NCBI GenBank assembly: GCA_002633005.1
Contig: NMRA01000041.1
Span: 625,294 to 689,293, forward strand
DNA length: 64,000 bases
Source: Phoronis australis
Lineage: Eukaryota > Animalia > Phoronida
Direction of reading: 5' to 3'
The notes beneath the pieces were generated by a model, which did not search any database, was not told the origin of the DNA, and saw only the letters and a list, made by a program, of their open reading frames with translations. Positions 23,401-35,223 of this stretch are shown here, in pieces. Numbering within the stretch: the stretch's first letter is position 1; each line of letters opens with the position of its first letter. The translations under genes and the position numbers were made by a program.

Positions 23401-26400
23401 CACCTCCATCACCATTTATGGCATCCATCTCGACTCTACGACCATGACTGCTTCTCTCCCACAGGACAAGGTGGACAAAGCTTCCAACCTCCTCCTCGAC
23501 TTTCAGAAGCGTCAGAAGGTTACTCTTCGCGATCTTCAATCCTTCATTGGTCTACTAAACTTCGCCTGCTCAGTTATCGTGCCCGGCCGCGCCTTCCTAC
23601 GCCGCATCATCGACCTTACCATTGGTATTTTGAGACCAGACCACTTCGTCACTCTCAATAAAGAAGCTAGAGCGGACCTTAAAGCTTGGTCCATCTTCCT
23701 CCGAGGCTTCAACGAGTGGACATCTTCAGACACCATCAAACTGTACTCCGATGCTGCAGGCTCCAATGAGGGTTTTGCTGTGACATTGGGGGCTTCCTGA
23801 TTTGCCTGCCCGTGGCCTGAGCACCTGCAACACCACCACATCACATTCAAAGAACTCCTTCCTATCGTCATTGCGCTAGAGCTGTGGGGATCGAAGCTCG
23901 CCAACCACAAGATTCTAGTACTGTGCNNNNNNNNNNNNNNNNNNNNNNNNNNNNNNNNNNNNNNNNNNNNNNNNNNNNNNNNNNNNNNNNNNNNNNNNNN
24001 NNNNNNNNNNNNNNNNNNNNNNNNNNNNNNNNNNNNNNNNNNNNNNNNNNNNNNNNNNNNNNNNNNNNNNNNNNNNNNNNNNNNNNNNNNNNNNNNNNNN
24101 NNNNNNNNNNNNNNNNNNNNNNNNNNNNNNNNNNNNNNNNNNNNNNNNNNNNNNNNNNNNNNNNNNNNNNNNNNNNNNNNNNNNNNNNNNNNNNNNNNNN
24201 NNNNNNNNNNNNNNNNNNNNNNNNNNNNNNNNNNNNNNNNNNNNNNNNNNNNNNNNNNNNNNNNNNNNNNNNNNNNNNNNNNNNNNNNNNNNNNNNNNNN
24301 NNNNNNNNNNNNNNNNNNNNNNNNNNNNNNNNNNNNNNNNNNNNNNNNNNNNNNNNNNNNNNNNNNNNNNNNNNNNNNNNNNNNNNNNNNNNNNNNNNNN
24401 NNNNNNNNNNNNNNNNNNNNNNNNNNNNNNNNCGTTCGCAGCCTGCGGCCACAGCTCTGTAGTTGCAGGCTTTGCAATTTCTAGTCATTAGCTCTAGTTA
24501 CCTTTACAGACATTGTTGCATTATGCTACTTTTTATATTCTAGTTTTGTATATCCTAGATTGTGTGTTCTAGTTTTCAGTTACACCGCTAGTAGTACCTA
24601 TATTTCTTCATAGTCTACCGGCCTTGTTATTGCCCGGGTTAGGCTTCCTCGGATGGGCGATGTCAGTATTCCCATACTGCCATTATGGCGTTTTTTCCAT
24701 GCCCATCTTGCAGAATCTTATTTGGTTCTTTCTATTTACGTCATAATAAATGACATTATTCGCAATCCTCCTCTTGTTTTACTCTGCAACATAGCTCGTG
24801 GCGTACCCCGGCAAAATAGATTACGATAAATACGGTAAAACATCGATCACAAGTGACTGTAAACGTCTATGTACCAATTGAAAAGTGCATTACCTGAACG
24901 ACTCCTTGAGACATGCCTTCAAGTAAGACAGCCTTCTAAGTGTATCTGTTGTTATCGGCTCTCTATTTGGCAATTCTGTGTTTAATTCAGTCCTCAGTTT
25001 GTCTTGCTTCTCAGGAAATCTTGCAAGATTGTAAAACATAAATGACAAGGCGCTTGCAGTCTGAAAATTGAAAACGTGACTTGTAGTCTGCATTTCAGAT
25101 ACATGAGGCCTTTTAATTTTCCTTGGTGTATTTGTTTTTATGTTTGATTGAAATGGTGATTGAATGAAAGCACTTTGTTCTCTTTGTTACCCGTCTGCGG
25201 TTAACTAAAAAGTTACTGGTAAGCCCAATATCCCGGACCACGCTGATCCTCTGAGATAAGTTCCAAAACTGTCCCTTTGAAGTTTTCGCCTGTTAGTAAT
25301 GCATGTACAATCTCCGATTCGGTTTACAGTTATCGTACCCATGAAGCAGATGTAAACACATTATGTCTACACTTTGCCCTGTTTACCTGGCTAAAAGACG
25401 AATAGCGAATACAGCCTTTTGTTCTCATCAAATCAGTCTCATAACATTCCTTGCGCTAGTCATAGCACTCCATTTTCATTGCAAACATGAACATCGAAAC
25501 CATCGGCGACTCAAGAAAACTCTTCAGAGTTTATAGGGATTAGCCAACTCTAAAATTGCGAAATCGAAAATAGCACATTGACTGTGACTTGAGTTTGTAA
25601 CAGAAATGGAATCCTATCACGGTAAGGACTATGATGAGACCATGTTAATGACAGTTAATATCTTCTTCAATTTTCGTTTTTTAGACAGTCACACAGGGTG
25701 AAATTCAGCTTTAAATAAAAATAAAAGCAAAATCGCGGGTCAATGATGGTCCAACAATACTTTCTACTGGAAAGTTTAGGTGATGCCCAGCTCGCAGCAG
25801 GACTAAGGCGGGAAATCGTAGGAAGATGCGCCTGTTATTCTTTAAAATTAGAAGATCATTCGACAAATAATCGTTGACTAGGTCAAGGATCATTGAGTGC
25901 AAACTAAGGTTTTGAGCTAGACACTTCAAATTCACGAGTCTGATTGGTACATGTAATTGAGTTCATTTCAAAGTTTCAGGTCATTTAGTGCAACCATGAT
26001 GCCATTAGGTGCGTTTTTCTTTTGAAATTTGACCTTTTCATTCAACATCTATTCTGTTGTGTCAACAGTTAGACAACTTTGATTCTCAGCATTAAACACA
26101 CTTTTCACGAACTTAGCAATAATTCAACAAAAAGGGCTCATAATGCACCGGAAAGGGCCAATCAGTGCAAAGGTCATCTAATTTTCAAAATGTTATTTCT
26201 CCTATATTTTTCAAGGAATTCTCTAAACTTTCAGCACACAGGTACATGCACAAACAAATACTCTACTTTAAATTATCAAGTAATCGCTCCATCCAATCAG
26301 ATAAAATAGGTCAAAGGTCATTGAGCGCAAAGAACAGGAACACTTTAAATTTACACATGTGATTGATACATGCACTTAGTTTCAGGTCATTTAGTGCAAC

Positions 26401-29400
26401 CATGGGGTCATTCAGTCCATTTGTCTTCTGAACATGTGTTCTGATGTGTCAACAGTTAGACAACTGTGAATGTCAGCATTAACCACATTTCAAGGACTTT
26501 GCAATAATTCCACTACAAAGGTTCATCATGCACTGGAAAGGGTCAAATACTACAGAAGATATCTAATTCCATTCAACATGTATTATTTTTATACAATTTC
26601 TCTTCTAGTGTTCTAAAAGTTAAACATCTATGATTAATCATGATCTACATTTTTATTTTCGTGTACAGTTCTGCTATGGCGCACAAGCCACCAGAAAGGT
26701 TGTAAACTTTCCAAAAAGTCTCACTCGCGCATAGTCATTATTGTCACTTTCTGACAATTATCTGTCTAGTCTTCATCTACATTTCAATTCCTGACTTTAC
26801 TCAGTTTCAAAACCATGCGACTCATTCCTAAAAACCCGGTGTTCTATTCGCTTGTCTAACTCTTGCAAACGCGACCTTTATAATCGCAGTTTTACAACAT
26901 GAAACGTGACACGTGCATTTTTATTAGCATGAAAACATTGACTCTCGAACCTCCAACTTTCAATGGCTAACATATGACCCATATTAACGGCCGAAAAATC
27001 TTTTAGTACCCAGTGATGGGACGGTATTTGATAAATGGAGTGAACACGGCCACCAGGCAACCCGTCAGCTGTAAACTTGTTCACCATGATTAGTACAGTG
27101 TATACAGTTTTCCGGTTGTCACATTTTCATTCTGTTCCTATCTTTGCTACAACACAGGGGCAGCTCCAGGATTTTGAGTTGGGGGGNGTCAATCATTCGC
27201 ACCCCCGAACTGCCAATTAAATGGAATCTGGGAAAATTTTAGGGGGTGCATAGCCCCTTGCACCCCCTGAAATCCGCCACTGCAACGCGAAGGCATGCAT
27301 TTTGCGTTCTTCATCCTTTTGCGTTTATGATAAAATCTGTGACCGGAATATTTGCCTCTTCATGAATGTTACAGCGAGTCTTCTTCTGTCGGACAATAAC
27401 CTGTCGATAATCTCCGCTCACAGCCTCGGGTAATCCAACCGCGGGTAAGCCAAATAAATCAGTCATATTTTTTTGACACTGAGGAAAATGACTGAAAGTC
27501 TATGGCTATCTGTCAGATAGACAGTAAACATCAAAGACATGGACTGTTCAGCAACAAGTACTTGGATTCAATGCAGAAAAACAATAGGTTTAATGAAAAA
27601 ATCCCGTATCTTCGCAGAACAACGATGTCGCCTGATCGTACCACTTCAATAGCGTCCGCGTTTTGTTGCGAGATTTTGCTTATTTCTTTACAACCCGTTC
27701 ACCAACTTCCAAAATTTTGGTGCTAATGAGTTACCAATGCCTATAAAAACAAAGGCTTTCCAGGCTTTTTCATTTAATTATTTTTGAGTAATTTATCGAC
27801 AGTTAAAATTGTGAGAAATTTCGTTGCTAAAAACGAAAACGAAGACAAACATTATTTATATTTTTACTTAAAATTTATAATTGACAATTTAAATTCACAA
27901 AATGAAAACGACAGAAAACGACAGGTTTTAGAGAACTTTTTCGAAAACAATTACAAAGTTATTTTTGATGTTCCAAAGGTAGTAAAGTTTTGATTATCGC
28001 GCAAAACACCATTAAAATTGTTAGAGAAAAGTATGTGAAAATCTCTTTGATTGGAAGTAGTTGGAAGTATACAGAACACAAAACTGATTATTAGGCCTTA
28101 ACGGGTTTGTGACAGGATAATAGATTAACGAGTAGGCTAAGTATATTCTTAGCATCGCTGAATGTACACAAACGTCATTTTCAAACGTACATTAATGTTA
28201 CCAAAATCATCGAAAGAATTTTGTAAAATGTATCAAAGAAAAGCGTGTATTGCGAAACTACACGAATGTCTGGGTTTAAGAAGACAATTGGGAATTCGGC
28301 AGCAGTCATCAGCGATCGACTTTTTCATGTATCACGTCAAGTGAAGGAATCACAGATTGCCTACCGAGTCAATTCCAGCCGTGAACAACTCCAGCAGAAT
28401 AGACGAAGCATCTTCCAAGCTTAAATCAAGCTTAAGCAATCTTTGCAAAAAGTCCTCTTCCCCAGTCATGGTTTGCCGGGCAAGCGTCTCTTGAATTCGA
28501 CTCTTGGTAAACCTGCCTCAGCAAGAAACAAGAAATTGAAAACGTTAAACTTCCAGCTCCACCAGTGGACCTGGAGTGCTCGTCAGACTTACGTTATTTA
28601 AAATGAGCTATGCAAAGTCGCAGTCGTTTATTAATTAACGCAGTTGTAAGTTGCAAATGTTTTACACGACTGGAAATGTTTTAAAGAAGATTGTTGACTT
28701 ACGTATTCAGAAATGTGTAGCCTTTAATGATTTGTTTGTAACTTTTGGTGTTGAAATATCTATGCAAAGGGACTTCATAAATGGACGAATGTAGCGCTTC
28801 GAAATAATCATTGATAGTGTTGAACATTGAAGACGCCTTTTCATCGGTAGTCGCCTGAAGTAGCCCCAGTCTTTCGTTGTAACATACTGCGCCGAATGCT
28901 GAAACAGTTGGATTCTTGAGCTGAGTATACGTAAAATTATGGTATCAGGAATGCCTTTAACTGCGACCTGAGAAGTTTCACTGAAATATCAAACTAGATG
29001 TTTGACTTTCATAAAGTCCATCTAACAATACTCCTTACCGTGTTAAGACTCTATTTCTGTTACCAACAAGAATATCGAAACCGAGCAGCGACTCAAGAAA
29101 AGTTTTCATTAACAGCTACGCATTGAGCGGAGGGGAGTGGCCCTTTAACTGATAAGTTGCCATTACAGTTAAAAAGGAAGTCTATTTCAATGCAAATTAA
29201 CTTTACCTTTTTATTGCAGTTGAATTTTCATGCGCGCACCCCCACTTGCCGAAGTGGGCAAAAAGGTCCGCCTCAGAGAAACAAAAACTACGAAAACAAG
29301 ACAAAAATCCACTAAAAAGGCAGGAACTACCAAAATTCGACGAATACCCAATTCATAGCTCTGAAAGTTCCCCGTGAACCTTAATAAAATGTCCTCATTC

Positions 29401-32400
29401 GAGCCCCCCATTTTTTAGGCTGGGTGCGTTCATGACTTTATGTGACATATCGAAATGGATGAACAAAATATAAGCTACTTGGAATCTCTTTGAGTTTGCA
29501 GTCATTAGTAATGGAAAAGCAAAAAGCAATCAATAATTGGTTGGCTATCTTGTTGGAGTCTTGAGGTGAGAGTCAGGGTCAAGGGCAGAGTTGAGTGAAT
29601 GGTGAAGTCGAAAATGAGGAAAAGTCCCAGGACGGAGTTTGGTGATTGGAGCCCCAGGGTTCACATGGTGATTGGAACCCTGGGGTTCACATGGTGATTG
29701 GCTTCTTGTCGATGACAGCTTGGCCTAGTTCAACTTATTGTCTACCGCTACTAAGCTAATATCACGTAAAGTAGGCCAATATGACAGCCACTGGAAGCCA
29801 TCACCAAAGGTGTACCACCTTGCCCTAAACACTTTAGGTGTACTCCAGGGTTACAATCAAATAGGTGAACTTCAGGGCTCCAATCATCAAAAGTGTACCA
29901 CAGGGCTACAGCCACCAAAGATGTACCTCAGGGCAGCATATGGAACTATGCAAATGACTGCAGTGTTTGTTTATAAGTGTGCAAAACCCTGAAACTCAAG
30001 ATGCATTACCAAGTACTCACCCTCGGCAGTGTACTTCACTAGCTGTAGATAGACATGCTCTACGAGTCCCGAGTCTGTTCGTACTTCCCTCACAAGGTCA
30101 ATGAAATCGTCTGCAACCTTGTTTTGCGCTGTTAGATATAGTGTAGCGGCATCTGGTGACATCATTAGTTGGTGCACAGACTGTCGACGCTTGTACCACT
30201 CTTCGCCATTTCTACAACGCATGGCACAATCATTACAAGACTTATTCGCGGGAGCTTTTGACAGAGGTTCCAGGGTTTGGTATATTTTTATCTTTATAAT
30301 TCCCCAAATATATGCCCGGGAGTAATTTAGGAAACAGGCAGTCTGCACACGCAAAATGTCATTAGCATAGACATGGATCGAAAACCGTTAGGTAGCCTAG
30401 CCTTTGAGATTATTTGGCACAAAGATACCGTGACTTAAGGCGGTATTTCGCCCTCTTTTACTGTGTAAAAGGGTGGACTGACACTGTTCGTAGTTTTGTT
30501 CTATGTTATTGATTGACATGATCCCTGTGGTCAGTGCAGTCGGTGATGATGTAATTTGTTTACTACAGAATAGTATTGAACATTTTAGAAGAATCTAGCA
30601 GTCTTCAGTCAATCGTCGCACCGAAAACTATTAGCACCGGTCGATAACCACCTGCGCCCACGCACACCGGGAAAAACGTGACAAAAACGAAAATTGAATT
30701 AGGTTTTTTATTCTAAAAGAGATCGCCATAAGTTTCCATTTCCATTACGAACTCAGGTCACAGGCAATGTACGCATGCGCAACTTTAGAATTGGCCTACT
30801 ATACCCCTATAAACACTGAAGCGTTTTCTTGGGTGGCCGATGATTTGAAAACGAATCTTACCACAGTACGCAATATTATGAGACCAGTTTTATAAAAGTA
30901 CAGTGTATAACTTCAGGAATTTTCCCGTATGTTGGTGTTATTTGTTCCAAGTTCAAAGATATTTCAGCAAGATGCATTGCATAACTTTTACAAGCAGTTA
31001 TAGTCCGCAGTATTCTTTGTCTACTACAGCAGACCTGATACTACATAAACACGGACAACTCACATGGTAGAAGGAACAGTCTTCCTCGCTCCTGCACACA
31101 GCAGTGCTGCTCATTATGCCTATCTCATAACACACTTCTTTTTAAGTGAACTGCACTTTTTTCTCACGAACCTCAATTCTTTCAACGTCTGACAGAATTC
31201 ACGAAATTCTTCATGGTGCAACGTTTCAAGTCCATCTGTACATTACAACTGGGAACATGTGAACTTCATGAGGAAATGAATGTATTCCTAAGAACAGAAT
31301 TGCGGCACATGAGAAAAGACGACATCTCGCGAGAAAAGAAATGCATTTGAGAGAAAGTACACTGTGAGCAGACTCGCAATCAGTAAGGGAGCAAGATATC
31401 TGATCTGACGCATGCGCTGGCCTTACCGAGTCATCCCGGTCATTACATAGCTCAGGCAAAATGAAAAAAAAAACACGCTTACAGATTAGCAAAACCCATA
31501 GGCAGTCCATCTCGTTTGAAAGCAGAGTCCAGTATAGGCAAGGAAGGACGTTGAGGATATTTCCCTTCATTTCGGAACGCTATAGCCATGTCTTTCGGAT
31601 CAAGAATATGCACCAGAGTTTGTGGACCTAGCGTTTCCTTGTAAATTCTGCCGTATTTATTGAAATCGTGTTGCCTCGCTAGGTGGTGCTGAGGGAGCGT
31701 GAAGCTACCTAGAATAAAGACTGGACTACTATACCCAGCGTCGCTGAATTAAGACGTATAGCGGAGAAAACGTTAAAACAAAAGCATCTGCAGTAAACAA
31801 GATCTGTAGCCTCATCTGAACAATTCGAGAGTACGCTCAACTCCCAGTTTACTTTTACATGTATAATTAATTAAAGTATAAACTTTCACATCTGTTGTCC
31901 AGTAGAGGGTGCTGTAAACAGCTGTACTAGAAAATCATAAACTGAGAAACAATTTTCTGGTACCCGCAGTGGTCTGTTTCAAATTTTTGATCTTAGCCTT
32001 CACACACCTATTTCTGAAAATAGCTGAATCGCATTTACGAAAAAGGGTAAATTCTCTGAGAATATAAGTATAGCTGCCAGTCAATGAGAAAAGTTCTATA
32101 AATTACGTTTGTTTCGACTATGAGTCACTCATAATTACTTGACTGAACCTTTTTCAAGCAATGCCAAATTTCTGTCTCAAGTCTCCTTCATAAAACAGGC
32201 TCCCAGGGTATGGACAAAATAATCATATTACTGAGATTTTTATCAGTCAATTTTAGCCATTAATTATGCACATTACGTTCTACTTGTTTTGACAAAATTA
32301 TGTCATCTTGAAAAGGTATCACGATAGAATGCGTTTTGCCAAAACTGCTTTGCGTAAAGGTTTATTTTGCACTGATTTTAACGAAAATGAAATTGAAAGA

Positions 32401-33970
32401 ATATATTTGATATATCTTCGAGCAGTGTAACCACATTAATGTTGCATTTGGTTTAAATAAACAACATTTAAGATTAAAATCTCAATGACATAAAGTACTG
32501 ACCGAACGGACACAACAGGAAGGACGAATGACCCCACGTTTGACACTGTTTATGTTTTCGGCAACAATTCAAATTAATTGGTAACTTATACCAGCATGTG
32601 CCCAACGTAATAAATTTTGGTTGTCTGATACCATTTTCTCAGCAGTTGCGAAAGGGGTGGCCAACACTACTAGGAATTATTTTAGACAAACGAAGGTATG
32701 GGTGAATTGACCCACACCCATATGCGAGAATTGAAGGACCTGTGGGCCGTGTTAGTTTTTGTCCTTTTTTCCTTCCAATTCTAATGGGCCCGTTGTCCCG
32801 AGCTAAACTACCGCAGCGAGTCAATGAAATTATTTTTTCCTAAATGACGCTGTGCACGCACTTAAAAATATCCCTGCACTAGTTAATGGAACTTCATTAG
32901 CCTTTATAAACCAAAAATATACCGGTAGTTTTGTTTGTGTACGTCTTACCCACGGTTGAGTTCAGTAACGCAAACGTCTTTGAGTGTCATTAAGAATAAG
33001 AATTTGCCATTCATTTCAAAATATTTTATGTTTCCATTTTTCGTGAAAATATTCTTTAGCTTTTCCAAATAAAACGTCAATTCAATTTTGAAAACTTCGA
33101 TAGATAGTAATTGGCTCTCCATTCGGTGGGAAAAGCATGCCTTGAATCTATTCCACTCTGCATGACGCATAAGCTTGGTCCATTTACAAAATGTGCCGCC
33201 AAACCCAAAGAAGGAAGTGTTAAAAATGCAACGTCACAATCAAAAGCTTTTTCGAACTCAATTAATGTTATCAAACCTGGGATGCTTTTTTCTTCGGAAA
33301 ATGCGAGCAGGTTATACTTATTTTACTAGCAGTCTCTCTTACAAATCGTCCACACAAAAAACTCAGGTAAGTATGCATGGAGCAGTGACTATGTATGAAC
33401 CATGGGCCAGTATACATGAACTAGGGGTCAGTAGGCATAGTTGAACCGACTAGGGCCGGATCAGAATGAATGATTTAGTTGTCAATACAGACATGAAACA
33501 TGCAGGTGTCAGTAAGCATGACCCAGGAGTCAGTATACATGCATGAACAGGGGTGAAGAGGAAGTCTATTTCACGACTAGCAACCCCAGCTTTTCCAAAT
33601 TCCAGGAAACCCCGGCAACGGATTTTGTTCCTTCTATGCAAGTAGTTTTGTTTACATGGAGTTATGTTCACACAAATCAAGTGAACTTCAAATCACGGTT
33701 CATGGAATGGAAACGATCAATTTTGGCTTAGCAGATGGCCATCAAAATGCCGCATCACAGATGACGAAAAAAATAAGCCCCTTACTCATTGGCAAACGGC
33801 AAACTTACCGCTGAGGAATCCTGACAATGAAGGGGACATTGATCTATCAATCGCAAATAATTATCACAGGAGATCAGGCTGATATATACGTTACCTAGAT
33901 AATATCGCCAAAGCGACCCTACAACGGGCAACGCTTTAGGTCCTGGCATCAAATGGAAAGGTTTAGGCAT
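20326..33970 (-). CDS. Cytochrome P450, mitochondrial clan, gene CYP-B; complete, 9 exons, 468 aa from first ATG (491 aa if started at TTG 34039)
   Basis: Exons (5'->3'): 33970-33895, 31708-31483, 30211-30021, 28898-28703, 28512-28365, 25060-24894, 22046-21965, 21243-21034, 20436-20326. All GT-AG, 1407 nt, no internal stops. Motifs: PGPKALP, EGKYP, NGEEWYKRR, AGIDST, LKACLKESFR, FIPERWL, PFGYGSRMCIG. Confidence 0.93.
21034..21243 (-). CDS. CYP-B exon 8, heme-binding (TILAMNNQ...PERW...FGYGSRMCIG...TAK)
   Basis: ttccag| acceptor, |gtaagc donor. Confidence 0.93.
21344..21866. mobile_element. Foldback/MITE in CYP-B intron 7 with internal 4x21-bp tandem (taaaagtacgcgttgaataag, 21685-21768)
   Basis: Arms 21344-21475 and 21680-21866 are reverse complements (tgaagcg...cgcttca). 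Confidence 0.65.
21965..22046 (-). CDS. CYP-B exon 7 (MHFPILGGTARIL...GYNVPKG)
   Basis: ttccag| acceptor, |gtaaat donor. Confidence 0.9.
22594..24830 (+). mobile_element. Decayed DIRS/Ngaro-type (tyrosine-recombinase) retrotransposon, RT-RNaseH region, 5'-truncated, interrupted by N gap
   Basis: ORF 23018-23800: AK.(D>G)IK.AFRIVPV, YYDRCL.FG..SS..IFE, HYLDD, RNaseH YSDAAGS. After an in-frame TGA it continues ITFKELLPIVIALELWG..LANHKILVLC. Lies in CYP-B intron 6; absent from the CYP-C paralogous site (~42870). Confidence 0.88.
23927..24431. other. Assembly gap (N run)
   Basis: Run of N. Confidence 0.99.
24894..25060 (-). CDS. CYP-B exon 6 (TASALSFMFYNLARFP...KESFR)
   Basis: ttttcag| acceptor, |gtaatg donor. 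Confidence 0.92.
25940..26600. repeat. ~405-bp tandem duplication inside a CYP-B intron 5 insertion
   Basis: gtttcaggtcatttagtgcaaccatg at ~25974 and ~26380; region absent in CYP-C. Confidence 0.65.
27155..27282. mobile_element. MITE, same family as 6174-6319
   Basis: Shared internal sequence ccaggattttgagtt...aaatggaatctggga; TSD caaca/caacg. Confidence 0.72.
28365..28512 (-). CDS. CYP-B exon 5 (FTKSRIQ...LFTAGIDS)
   Basis: ggcag| acceptor, |gtaggc donor. Confidence 0.9.
28703..28898 (-). CDS. CYP-B exon 4 (AFGAVCYNERLG...YTFLNT)
   Basis: tttcag| acceptor, |gtaagt donor. Confidence 0.9.
29229..29434 (+). mobile_element. MITE family CATGnGCGCACCCAG
   Basis: TSD atttt/acttt; absent from the paralogous site near 45085. 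Confidence 0.78.
30021..30211 (-). CDS. CYP-B exon 3 (NGEEWYKRRQSV...KYTAE)
   Basis: tgtag| acceptor, |gtgagt donor. Confidence 0.92.
31483..31708 (-). CDS. CYP-B exon 2 (GSFTLPQHH...YGRIYKETLG...EGKYPQRP...GFANL)
   Basis: ttctag| acceptor, |gtaagc donor. Confidence 0.9.
32700..33350 (-). pseudogene. L1/Tx1-clade reverse transcriptase fossil in CYP-B intron 1 (paralog ~49600-50170)
   Basis: Frameshifted GRFV.E....YNLLAFSEEKSIPGLITLIEFEKAFD and NGNIK.FEMNGK...NDT resemble L1 RT motifs DFEKAFD and IKGI.ING...ADDT. Confidence 0.6.
33895..33970 (-). CDS. CYP-B exon 1 (MPKPFHLMPGPKALPVVGSLWRYYL); frame open upstream to TTG at 34039
   Basis: PGP hinge motif; g|gtaacg donor. Confidence 0.85.
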
Positions 33971-34947
33971 CTTGATATTTCTGGGTGAACGAGTGAATCT
34001 CTCGCTGCGAATACTCAGAGCAACGCTTAAGTCAATCAACCACCAGTGTTAAGGTGGCCAGCTGCCTTTACATAAGCTTGAGGACACTCATGGTGTAAAG
34101 ACCCGAGAGTCTTTGTAGTTCCCAGACAGAAAGGTGAATGTTTACAAAGACCCTTTTGTATTGGTAAAAAATATAGCCCTGGAATGCCAGCTCCCCCACG
34201 TGACTTATTGTTAGAGCTTTCGACCCGAAACTAATCGCGAGAGTTTGCATTGTGAATTTCCGGTTGCCTGCTCGGCTGAGTTTTGATAGTGTTGCAGTTA
34301 CTAAATCAAGCTTAATTTCATTGCTTCGTTATCATTTTGTCATTTTTGTCCATCAAGCGAGTCTCTTGAGGTACGGTTCTGGGCAGAGTATCAGCGAATG
34401 CCCAGCAAAATTGATCAACAAACCCGACAGGTCATTTTTTTTTACTATACCCAAGACCTGTGGCCCAGTTCGCTGTATTCCGGGAAAAGTCTGGCCTCTC
34501 GTATCCTTTCAGCCATAGTTTTTTTAAACCACTTACGACAGCCAATCAAACTACATGCCAGGAGTTATTCAACAAGAAATTTTGGTTGTTATAATCATGT
34601 TACATGCGCGCACCCAGCCTTAATATGGGGGGGGGCTCGAATATCTGATGATGCGGACCTTTCACTACCAAAAAAGCGGAACGGGACCAAAAAAAAGAGA
34701 GAAACGGGGTATCACGTTCAGATCCGTGAATTGNTCAGCGAATGCCCAGCAAAATTGATCAACAAACCCGACAGGTCATTTTTTTTTTACTATACCCAAG
34801 ACCTGTGGCCCAGTTCGCTGTATTCCGGGAAAAGTCTGGCCTCTCGTATCCTTTCAGCCATAGTTTTTTTAAACCACTTACGACAGCCAATCAAACTACA
34901 TGGCAGGAGTTATTCAACAAGAAATTTTGGTTGTTATAATCATGTTA

Positions 34948-35223
34948 CATGCGCGCACCCAGCCTTAATATGGGGGGGGGGCTCGAATATCTGATGATGC
35001 GGACCTTTCACTACCAAAAAAGCGGAACGGGACCAAAAAAAAGAGAGAAACGGGGTATCACGTTCAGATCCGTGAATTGTGTGTTGCGCCTTTTTAGTGA
35101 ATAAAGGATTTTTGTCTCGTTTTCCCCGGGCTGTTTCTTTCTCTGAGGCGGACCTTTTTTCCCACTTCGCGAAATGGGGGGGGGGGGGGGGTTGGTCGAA
35201 TGAGTCCCCTGGGTGCACACGTG
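34948..35223 (-). mobile_element. MITE family CATGnGCGCACCCAG (reverse copy; left part also repeated at 34603 by an assembly overlap)
   Basis: TSD tgtta; absent from the paralogous site near 52262. Confidence 0.78.

Noticed and set aside
23536-24488. Long ORFs spanning X runs
   Set aside because: Artefacts of the N gap and of the antisense frame of the RT
34390-35079. Near-perfect ~345-bp tandem duplication and 198-aa ORF 34398-34994
   Set aside because: The two copies flank a single N and differ at only a few bases: contig-overlap assembly artefact; not present in the paralogous region
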